The translations under genes were made by a program, and so were the position numbers. Below, one piece after another: positions 22,261 through 29,448 of a DNA stretch of 32,000 nucleotides. This stretch comes from Algicola sp. (GTDB lineage Bacteria; Bacteroidota; Bacteroidia; Flavobacteriales; Flavobacteriaceae). Where the stretch lies: the NCBI GenBank assembly GCA_018222835.1, contig JAAEZN010000005.1:36599-68598 (forward strand), given 5' to 3'. The notes under the pieces are model-generated. The model was not told the origin of the DNA. It searched no databases and worked only from the letters and a program-made list of their open reading frames with translations. Positions within the stretch are counted from its first letter, which is position 1. Each line of letters starts with the position of its first letter.

Positions 22261-23553
22261 TTAAGGGAAAATACCTCTTTGGACATACGCTTCTTCAAGG
22301 CGTTCTATGGCAATTACAAAAGCAGCAGTACGCATATCTATCTTCTGCGTTTTTGTTTTTTGCATAACCTTGTTGAAGGATTCCCTCATCTTCTTCTCCA
22401 GCTTCTCCAGTACCTCATCCAGTTGCCATATCTCACCGTTTCGGTTTTGCAACCATTCAAAATAACTACCGATCACACCACCGGAGTTACATAGAATGTC
22501 AGGGATAATGTCAACACCGTTTTCCAATAGGATTTCTTCGGCTTTAACATCTGTAGGACCATTTGCCCCTTCTGCTATCAAGCTTGCTTTAATTTGAGGT
22601 GCATTCTTTACCGTAATCTGGTTACCAAGAGCTGCAGGGATACAAATATCACAGTCCAACCCAAAGAAGTCGGCGTTATCCAAAGGGCTTCCTCCTGCAA
22701 ATCCTAAAATGCTTCCTTTGTTTGCCCTGGCATAGTCCAAAAGTTGCTCAGGGTGAATACCAGACTCGTTATGGATGCTTCCATAGGCATCTTGTACGGC
22801 TGTAAGTATCGCACCTTCTTCATGTAAAAAATGAGAAGCCCAATATCCCACATTACCAAAACCTTGCACTATGAACTTTTTCCCTTTTAAAGGAATATTC
22901 TTGTGTTCTGCCCAAAACTTAATAGTTAAGAAAACACCATATCCGGTAGCTCTATCCCTACCTTCGGAACCACCTGCTCCGATCGGTTTACCCGTTACCA
23001 CGTGTAAATTCTTTGACCGTTCGTTGGGAGATTTTGTGGACATATAGGTATCCAAAATCCAAGCCATGGTCTGTGGATTTGTGTTTACATCCGGGGCGGG
23101 AATATCCAGTTCTGGTCCAATATTATCACCTAGGGCGTAAGTAAACCTTCTGGTTATACGTTGTAGCTCATCTTGAGAATACTTGGTTGGATCCAACTGT
23201 ATTCCACCTTTGGCTCCACCATAGGGCAATCCTGCCAAAGAGGTCTTCCATGTCATCCACATGGCCAAGGCCCTTGCTGCATCGATATCCACTGTTGGGT
23301 GGTAACGCAAACCACCTTTGTAAGGCCCCAGGGCATTGTTGTGCTGTACACGGTAGCCCGTAAAAATCTCCACTTCCCCGTTATCCATACGTACCGGAAA
23401 ATGTACCACAAATTCATTGTTGGTCACTTCAAGAATCTTTCTAATATTCTTGTTCAAGTCTATAATGTCAGCGGCATTGTTGAATTGACGCATAACATTA
23501 TCCAACATTCCCTGCTTTTTTTGCTTCTTTTTTGATGTTAACGTTGTTGTCAT
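22261..23553 (-). CDS. gdhA: Glutamate dehydrogenase (Glu/Leu/Phe/Val dehydrogenase family)
   Basis: Diagnostic motifs are present: KGGLRYHP, the catalytic-Lys glycine loop PYGGAKGG, and the Rossmann dinucleotide motif VQGFGNVGYW. The 430-aa length is typical of hexameric GDH. Confidence 0.95.
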   Translation of the reverse strand: MTTTLTSKKKQKKQGMLDNVMRQFNNAADIIDLNKNIRKILEVTNNEFVVHFPVRMDNGEVEIFTGYRVQHNNALGPYKGGLRYHPTVDIDAARALAMWMTWKTSLAGLPYGGAKGGIQLDPTKYSQDELQRITRRFTYALGDNIGPELDIPAPDVNTNPQTMAWILDTYMSTKSPNERSKNLHVVTGKPIGAGGSEGRDRATGYGVFLTIKFWAEHKNIPLKGKKFIVQGFGNVGYWASHFLHEEGAILTAVQDAYGSIHNESGIHPEQLLDYARANKGSILGFAGGSPLDNADFFGLDCDICIPAALGNQITVKNAPQIKASLIAEGANGPTDVKAEEILLENGVDIIPDILCNSGGVIGSYFEWLQNRNGEIWQLDEVLEKLEKKMRESFNKVMQKTKTQKIDMRTAAFVIAIERLEEAYVQRGIFP

Positions 23554-23597
23554 ATTTAATTTACTAAGAGTACTTTAAACCTTCTTGTTTTTGATTA

Positions 23598-23756
23598 TTA
23601 ATACATTTCATCCGACATCATTATGGTAGGTTCTTTAGTATCTTCCATAAAATGATGGTATTCGTTGCACAGACTTATCTGATCCCTTTTCTTGCTCAAA
23701 GAGCAATACGATTTATGAATACAGGTCGAGCATAGGCTGCGTACAAATTTATTCAT
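23598..23756 (-). CDS. Possible small Cys-rich protein (52 aa), absent from the supplied ORF track
   Basis: I translated it by hand: ATG at 23756, TAA at 23598-23600, giving MNKFVRSLCSTCIHKSYCSLSKKRDQISLCNEYHHFMEDTKEPTIMMSDEMY. It has four Cys, including CxxC. It lies 44 nt upstream of gdh on the same strand, inside a 551-bp gap. An open frame of this length could arise by chance in AT-rich DNA. Confidence 0.25.
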   Translation of the reverse strand: MNKFVRSLCSTCIHKSYCSLSKKRDQISLCNEYHHFMEDTKEPTIMMSDEMY

Positions 23757-23964
23757 TAGAATATTGATTTAAGTTGTATTTGTCTTTTTGTGATGGAAAT
23801 AAGTTATGATGGACATATTTTTTCCTGACCCGTAGATTCCATAATTATTTTTGGCCGTCACGTCAGGTTTATATTTATCTTTAAACCTTGGGGTTGTGTT
23901 TTACTGAGATCCTATCATTGCTACCGCTTTTAATTTACCGTCCGAGATAATTTGGCAACTATAT

Positions 23965-23980
23965 GGCAAAGGGTATGCCT
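23965..23980 (-). promoter_or_regulatory. Candidate sigma-54 (-24/-12) promoter facing the small ORF and gdh
   Basis: The minus strand reads AGGCAT-ACCCT-TTGCC, against the consensus TGGCAC-N5-TTGCW. The invariant GG (23979-23978) and GC (23967-23966) have canonical 12-nt register. It lies directly downstream of a sigma-54 activator gene with an intact GAFTGA motif. This is a motif match only, with 2 mismatches in the -24 hexamer. Confidence 0.3.
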
Positions 23981-24016
23981 TTTAAAAACAAAAAAAACTT
24001 TTTTTGTTTAAAAGGC
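23977..24016 (-). terminator. A/U-rich imperfect hairpin downstream of the response-regulator gene (possible terminator)
   Basis: GCCTTTTAAA(AA)CAAAAAA...TTTTTTGTTTAAAAGGC forms a GCC/GGC clamp plus a long A-T stem with a 2-nt bulge. It starts about 89 nt after the regulator stop codon. The stem is weak and no separate U-tract follows. Confidence 0.3.
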
Positions 24017-24068
24017 TAATAATCAATAATTTAACTCAACAAAGAATACTAAAAAATAAATACGGAGC

Positions 24069-24106
24069 GGTCAATTTTTAACCGATTGGTCAAAAGCTAT
24101 CCGATC
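24069..24106. repeat. Imperfect 19-bp tandem repeat (x2) overlapping the response-regulator stop codon
   Basis: Unit 1 is GGTCAATTTTTAACCGATT (24069-24087) and unit 2 is GGTCAAAAGCTATCCGATC (24088-24106). They match at 13 of 19 positions, with conserved GGTCAA and CCGAT blocks kept at the same spacing. Confidence 0.5.
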
Positions 24107-25433
24107 AATCCAACTTGTCGCGAAGTGTTTTTCGGGTAATCTGTAGGATTTCTGCTGCTTTGGTCTTGTTCCCTTTGGTATGTACCAGCACTTTTTGGAT
24201 ATACTTTTTCTCCATTTCTTTTAATGACATCAATTCATCTTCTGGAAAATGTATTTCGTATTTTAAATAATCCGGCAGGTCTTTTACATTAATGTGACCA
24301 TCTGCCATAATAACGGCGCGTTGGATTACATTTTCAAGTTCTCGAATATTTCCGGGCCAATCATATCGTTCCAGTACCTGTAAAGCATCAGGATTAATGC
24401 GCAATAAACGATCTCTATATTCGATCCCGTACTTATGCAGGAACTTGTCCACCAACAAAGGGATATCGGATTTCCTATCACGAAGCGGAGGCACGTTGAT
24501 CTCAACAACGGTCAAACGATAATATAAATCTTCTCTAAAGTTCTTTTTTCTGATCTCTTCCAACAGGTCCACATTCGTGGCGGCAATAATTCGTAGTTCA
24601 ACTTTTTCAACGGTCCGGGAGCCTACTTTTGTAATCTCCTTTTCCTGTAATGCTCGCAACAGTTTAGCTTGTACATCCAAACTAGCCGTTCCTATTTCAT
24701 CCAGAAAGAGTGTTCCGCCCGATGCTGCCTGAAAAAATCCATCCCTATTTTGGTCGGCTCCTGTAAAAGCGCCTTTTGTGTAACCGAACAGTTCCGCTTC
24801 TTGAAGATTTTCTGGAATAGCTCCACAGTTTACGGCCACAAAAGGTTTTTTGGCATACTTGCCCAAATAATGGATCGCTCTGGCCACCAATTCCTTTCCC
24901 GTACCGCTTTCCCCATTGATCAAAACAGTCGCTCTATTGTCCTTTACCCTGTCCACTACGGTTCGAACCTGATTAAAGGTCTTGGATTCCCCTACCATTT
25001 CTTTGAAATGGGTATCTGTAGAAACTCTAGTTATTGTGGGCGTGGATTTCTCGGTTTTACGTCCTTGGGACAAAGCTTTGTCCACCGCAATTTTAAGTTC
25101 CTCTTTGGTGAACGGTTTTGTTAAATAATCCATGGCTCCCGATTTGAGCACTTCCAAAGCTCCATCTACAGAGGGGTAGCCCGTAACTACCAATTTTGGC
25201 GTATTTGGGTAATGCTCGTTGGCGAATTTCAGCAATTGAATTCCATCCACCTCGGGCATTTGTATATCCGTTATTAAAAGATCTATAGGTGTATCCTTTA
25301 AAATAAAAACGGCCTCCTTGACAGAAATCGCTTTAAAAACATGGAAATTTAGGTCTTTGAGCCTTCTTGACAGAAGTTCCAATATCCCAATATCATCATC
25401 TACGACCAGAATGTTTTCTTTATGCAATGGCAT
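24105..25433 (-). CDS. Sigma-54-dependent response regulator (NtrC family: REC, AAA+ and Fis-type HTH domains)
   Basis: The REC domain has a phospho-acceptor context (LLITDIQMPEVDG). The AAA+ domain has Walker A (GESGTGKE), an intact sigma-54 contact loop (GAFTGA) and Walker B (LFLDEIG). The C-terminal HTH is KTKAAEILQITRKTLRDKL. Confidence 0.95.
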   Translation of the reverse strand: MPLHKENILVVDDDIGILELLSRRLKDLNFHVFKAISVKEAVFILKDTPIDLLITDIQMPEVDGIQLLKFANEHYPNTPKLVVTGYPSVDGALEVLKSGAMDYLTKPFTKEELKIAVDKALSQGRKTEKSTPTITRVSTDTHFKEMVGESKTFNQVRTVVDRVKDNRATVLINGESGTGKELVARAIHYLGKYAKKPFVAVNCGAIPENLQEAELFGYTKGAFTGADQNRDGFFQAASGGTLFLDEIGTASLDVQAKLLRALQEKEITKVGSRTVEKVELRIIAATNVDLLEEIRKKNFREDLYYRLTVVEINVPPLRDRKSDIPLLVDKFLHKYGIEYRDRLLRINPDALQVLERYDWPGNIRELENVIQRAVIMADGHINVKDLPDYLKYEIHFPEDELMSLKEMEKKYIQKVLVHTKGNKTKAAEILQITRKTLRDKLD

Positions 25434-25437
25434 ATAT

Positions 25438-26529
25438 TTAATTTGGAAACTCTATGGTAAAAATAGTGCCTTTTGGTTTATTGGGCCTATGGACAATGGT
25501 GCCTTTGTAACTTTTAATAATGCCGTGCACCACGCTTAATCCCAGACCTGTGCCTTCTCCTACTGGCTTAGTGGTATAAAAAGGCTCAAAAATCTTATTT
25601 TCGTTGCCCGGGGATATTCCCTCACCCTGATCAATTATATTGATAATAGTATTATTGGCCTTACCTAGCAGTTCTATTTTGATTTCGCCTTGTGCCGGTG
25701 AATAATAAGCTGCGTTCATTATCAAATTGAACAATACCTGTGTCAATTGCACAGTATTGGCACGTATTTGTAAGTTGTCATCTTCAAAAGATGTAATAAT
25801 CTTTAATTGTTTTGCCCTGAGCGATGGCCCCATTAAACGCACAACTCCTTCTATTACCTTTTTCAGGTCAACCGGTTCCATCTGTTCAGGCATTTCGCAG
25901 GTAAAAAACATTAATTTCTTAACGATTTCACGGCTAAAAATGGCATTATCCATTATTTTTTGAAGGTCTCTTTTGGTCCGCGCGTTCGTTGCTTCATCCA
26001 TTAATAGTTCTGCGAACCCTAAAATATTGGCCAAAGGAGTGTTAAGTTCATGTGCTATCCCGGCCGTAATCTCTCCCATAATATGCAGGCGATCACTGCG
26101 CTCCATCTGTCTTTTGGTCTCCTGCTCGGCATCATGAATTTGTTTGCGCTCAATAAAATTGCCTACGGCTAAACACACGTTTTTAAGCAAAGTTTGTTCT
26201 TCTTCCAGAAAATCGGTCATCTTATATTTTGATGAAGGATATCCAACAGAAATAGTCCCTTCCACTTTATTAAAGACAATTACGTTGCCGGTAAGGCACA
26301 CCATATTTTCATTGAATCCGATTGTCTGTGCTTGATATGCTCCAATAGATAATTTGGTCTCAGCATCGTCCATAAATTGCCAACCTTTTTTTAAACAATA
26401 GGCAATGGCTTCCAAAGAAGTGTTGAGCTCATCGTATCCAGAATTCACAATAATAGAAGTTACCTCGTAGAGGCAGGTCAATTCCTTTACCCGTTCCTTT
26501 AATTTTTGTTCCGTATTTATCATGGGCAA
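25438..26529 (-). CDS. Soluble sensor histidine kinase (uncharacterised N-terminal sensor domain, then HisKA and HATPase_c)
   Basis: The H-box (EITAGIAHELNTPLANI), N-box (LFNLIMNAAYYS) and G-boxes (IDQGEGI, GTGLGLSVV) are present. There are no hydrophobic TM segments. The N-terminal ~150 aa begins with a KELTCLYEVTSII motif. The stop lies 4 nt before the regulator start, so the two form an operon. Confidence 0.9.
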   Translation of the reverse strand: MPMINTEQKLKERVKELTCLYEVTSIIVNSGYDELNTSLEAIAYCLKKGWQFMDDAETKLSIGAYQAQTIGFNENMVCLTGNVIVFNKVEGTISVGYPSSKYKMTDFLEEEQTLLKNVCLAVGNFIERKQIHDAEQETKRQMERSDRLHIMGEITAGIAHELNTPLANILGFAELLMDEATNARTKRDLQKIMDNAIFSREIVKKLMFFTCEMPEQMEPVDLKKVIEGVVRLMGPSLRAKQLKIITSFEDDNLQIRANTVQLTQVLFNLIMNAAYYSPAQGEIKIELLGKANNTIINIIDQGEGISPGNENKIFEPFYTTKPVGEGTGLGLSVVHGIIKSYKGTIVHRPNKPKGTIFTIEFPN

Positions 26530-26652
26530 CTACTTAAGACCGTAAAGTTAACAGGGTTTATACTGAGATACGCTATAACTGCAAAAAATAACTGGTCACT
26601 AGTTCACCTTTAAGCACATTACAAGGTAACTCATATGGCTTCAAATGCTAAT

Positions 26653-26672
26653 GCCCGGTATTTCTACCGGGC
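26653..26672 (-). terminator. GC-rich hairpin downstream of the phosphodiesterase gene (possible terminator)
   Basis: A perfect 8-bp stem pairs GCCCGGTA (26653-26660) with TACCGGGC (26665-26672) around the loop TTTC. It lies 37 nt after the stop at 26709. The minus-strand tail (ATTAGCATTTGA) is only moderately U-rich. Confidence 0.45.
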
Positions 26673-26708
26673 AAACAACTTAAACGAACTAAACAAGACT
26701 AACATGTG

Positions 26709-28043
26709 TTATTCTAAAACTACATGATAGTATTCCTTTGGTTGATTCATATCTGCTCCCAGCAATTCTGCAGCAATTTTTGCTACGTCTTCCAAGAACA
26801 TATTTTCTATAAGCACCTCTTTTTCAAGACCTTTTCCGTATCCTACAAAACCGGTAGCTATATCGTGAAAGTTAGGGTAATGGCCATGTTTTCCTCCTCT
26901 TTTGGCACTAATGAACGGGCCATCACCATCATTTGAGAAAAAATAGCCTTTTTTACCACTTAGTGCCAAAACAGCGTTAGGGTCTCCTCCCCTTTTGGCA
27001 ATTTTATCCCTTTCTATTATCTCAAAGGTCGATCTTTCTTCTATAGGCAATTGGCTGAATGCCTTCCTGATCTGGTCTATCATTTTTTTGTCCTTTGGAT
27101 CTTTTAAATGGAGAAAGGTAGATCCTCCTGCTGAGTAAAACCATGCTTTTGGATTTTCTCTATTATAGATTCCCATTTTGGCCAAAAGTACATTGGGCGC
27201 TATTTGTGAATGTACATCCACAAAACCATGGTCACCGGTAACGATAATGGTGGTTTTATCTTCAATCCCGGCTTTTTGTAGTGCATCACGTATTATCCCA
27301 ATAGCATTATCTGCTCCTGCAATCGCCTTTTGTACATCTAAACCTTTGCGACCTACTTTGTGCTGTGCCCCATCGGTAATGGGTAAGTGAATGGTTAATA
27401 GATTGGGTTTGTATTGGCGTAAAATATAACCAGCTATCCTTGCCAGATTTTGGTCCATGGATAGAGAGGTTAGATTGTAATCGTTTATTTCCAATGTTCC
27501 GGTTGCATTTTTTACCACTTCTTCAAACAATCCTTTAGGATTTGCTTTTTCTGAGGTGGCCATTCTTCTGTCCATAGGATTTGTAAAGGACCAAAACTCA
27601 GGAATATTGTAGTCGATATAGTTGGCATTGACAGAAATTGGCCAAGAAACTGCAGCCGTGGTCAACCCCTTTTCTTTAGCGGCTTGCCACAAGGTTTTTG
27701 CCTTGATTTCTTTAAAATCATAGACCCATCCTCCGGAGCTGCCGTTATCGTTCATTTTTGTATTGTAATAGATACCATGCTCTTCTGGAGTTGTACCTGT
27801 TATAAGAGTGGTATGCGATGGATAGGTTACCGTTGGGAATATACCTGTAACTTCTTTTGCGGCAACACCTTTACTTACCATTTCTTGGAGGTTTGGTGTT
27901 GGCATGGTATTGTCCAGATAAAACTCTGAACGAAATCCATCAATACTTATAATAATTACGTGCTCTGGCTTAGTTTGGGCATTTAGGGTCACTACAAATA
28001 GCAACCCCAATACCTTAATTATATTATTGAAACGGAACAACAT
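26709..28043 (-). CDS. Secreted nucleotide pyrophosphatase/phosphodiesterase (NPP, alkaline-phosphatase superfamily)
   Basis: It has a signal peptide (MLFRFNNIIKVLGLLFVVTLNAQ). The NPP nucleophile context is FPTVTYPSHTTLITG. Metal-ligand motifs are ITDGAQH, VTGDHGF and GGKHGHY. The start overlaps the upstream SusD-like gene by 20 nt. Confidence 0.85.
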   Translation of the reverse strand: MLFRFNNIIKVLGLLFVVTLNAQTKPEHVIIISIDGFRSEFYLDNTMPTPNLQEMVSKGVAAKEVTGIFPTVTYPSHTTLITGTTPEEHGIYYNTKMNDNGSSGGWVYDFKEIKAKTLWQAAKEKGLTTAAVSWPISVNANYIDYNIPEFWSFTNPMDRRMATSEKANPKGLFEEVVKNATGTLEINDYNLTSLSMDQNLARIAGYILRQYKPNLLTIHLPITDGAQHKVGRKGLDVQKAIAGADNAIGIIRDALQKAGIEDKTTIIVTGDHGFVDVHSQIAPNVLLAKMGIYNRENPKAWFYSAGGSTFLHLKDPKDKKMIDQIRKAFSQLPIEERSTFEIIERDKIAKRGGDPNAVLALSGKKGYFFSNDGDGPFISAKRGGKHGHYPNFHDIATGFVGYGKGLEKEVLIENMFLEDVAKIAAELLGADMNQPKEYYHVVLE

Positions 28044-29430
28044 CTTCGGTAGATTTATTGTTAACGATAACTTTATTCATATCAAATGCTACGGTCACGT
28101 TTCCTGTGGCTTCATCAACCATGAAATCGTCCAAACCTGAATTCAATGGGATAAAACTTGGAATTACGGCCTGTGTGAAAGATTCGTCCACATTAGGATT
28201 GTTCAACTGCTCTGTTTGGGAAACCGGGAAACGAATGCCTAAATCATTCATTCTTCTACCTTCACTAATAAATATTTCCTGTCTTAGTAAATAGGTGAGG
28301 TACAACATTTCGTCCACAGAACTAGCTGCTTCAATATCCTCTATGGTAACCTTAGTTCCAGAAACGGTATATACTGGAATAAACCCGGCCTGACGGTCCA
28401 ATACTAAATCATTTTCGAATTCTGAACCGGCATCTGCACGCACGGCTACAGCGGTAAGTGGATAGTCTGTTCTGTTTGTTCCGTTGCGCAGTTCCCTAGT
28501 ATCATCAATCTGTGCCACGGGTCTTGCTGCAACCACATCCAATAGATCCAACGCAGTAGCTTTTGCGCTGACCACATTATTTTCTGCCAAATAGGCTTCC
28601 ATCAAAATTAGGAACGCCTCTTCTGCCTTTGCCAAACTAATTGGTTTTTGGTCTGCTACCGCGGTGCCCTGATCGTAATATTTAGGGTCTAGGTAATCCA
28701 ACCTTGGCAGTGGTGCAAATCTATTTTGCATACTGGTAAATGTGGCATTCTGCATCTCGTTCACCACTCCGTTTTCACCATCAAAACCAATGGTGAACAA
28801 AAATGATTCATCCGCAGTCAAAGATTCGGCAATGGTTTTTGCATTGGTCAAATCCCCTAAACGATAATATGCCCTGGCTTGGAACATTTTAAATGCGTTG
28901 ATATGGTTTGCATCTGTGGCCATATCGATTGCATCTTCAAACTCCTCGATGGCCCCGTTCAACAAAGTTTTCCAATCCGATACGGTCCCCAAGGACTCCA
29001 TTGGCAGGCCTACAAAGTTCTCCCCTCCCAATAGAAAGGCGAAACCTTTGCAAAAGTGCATGTAAGCAATGTTTTCTTGGCTTACATTTTCGTCCGCTAC
29101 GGCTACGGTCTCCAATCCGTAGGTTGCCATTTCCCTTAATCTACCTATTTCTTGTTGCAGGTCGTTTACATCAATATCTGTATAAGCGATTTGTGGAATA
29201 TCAAAAACCTTGCTGTAAAGGGTGTAGTTATTAAAGTAATTATCCGATGTCATTTCAGTATTGATCAATACCGAATTCATGGTAATCGCCAATTGTCTTT
29301 CCAGACCTTTTACCCAACTTTTTGTCGGATCTGGCGTATTTAAATAAATATCCTCGGTTACATTGGGGTTGTCAACACATGCTCCCAATAGCATTACGGA
29401 CAAAACCGCTGTTATTATTCTTGTTTTCAT
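28024..29430 (-). CDS. SusD/RagB-like outer-membrane lipoprotein (divergent)
   Basis: It has a lipoprotein signal (AVLSVMLLGACVDN). SusD-like TPR signatures are present (FQARAYYRLGDLTNA, EEAFLILMEAYLAEN, LRQEIFISEGRRMNDLGIRFP). It lies 18 nt downstream of a SusC gene. It is more divergent than the SusD at 5863-7413. Confidence 0.75.
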   Translation of the reverse strand: MKTRIITAVLSVMLLGACVDNPNVTEDIYLNTPDPTKSWVKGLERQLAITMNSVLINTEMTSDNYFNNYTLYSKVFDIPQIAYTDIDVNDLQQEIGRLREMATYGLETVAVADENVSQENIAYMHFCKGFAFLLGGENFVGLPMESLGTVSDWKTLLNGAIEEFEDAIDMATDANHINAFKMFQARAYYRLGDLTNAKTIAESLTADESFLFTIGFDGENGVVNEMQNATFTSMQNRFAPLPRLDYLDPKYYDQGTAVADQKPISLAKAEEAFLILMEAYLAENNVVSAKATALDLLDVVAARPVAQIDDTRELRNGTNRTDYPLTAVAVRADAGSEFENDLVLDRQAGFIPVYTVSGTKVTIEDIEAASSVDEMLYLTYLLRQEIFISEGRRMNDLGIRFPVSQTEQLNNPNVDESFTQAVIPSFIPLNSGLDDFMVDEATGNVTVAFDMNKVIVNNKSTEDVVPFQ

Positions 29431-29448
29431 TTTTTCGTAATTCAGGAA

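Noticed and set aside
23830-23876. An inverted repeat, CCTGAC...GTCAGG, lies in the putative gdh leader.
   Set aside because: The stem is only 6 bp and the loop about 33 nt, which is too weak to claim as a structured element without covariation data.
23953-23968. A plus-strand sigma-54-like element, TGGCAACTATATGGCA, has GG and GC in the correct register.
   Set aside because: It fits the consensus about as well as the minus-strand candidate. However, it points into a hairpin and then antisense into the convergent response-regulator gene, with no plus-strand gene to serve. I kept the minus-strand reading as the working hypothesis, though an antisense or short RNA cannot be excluded.
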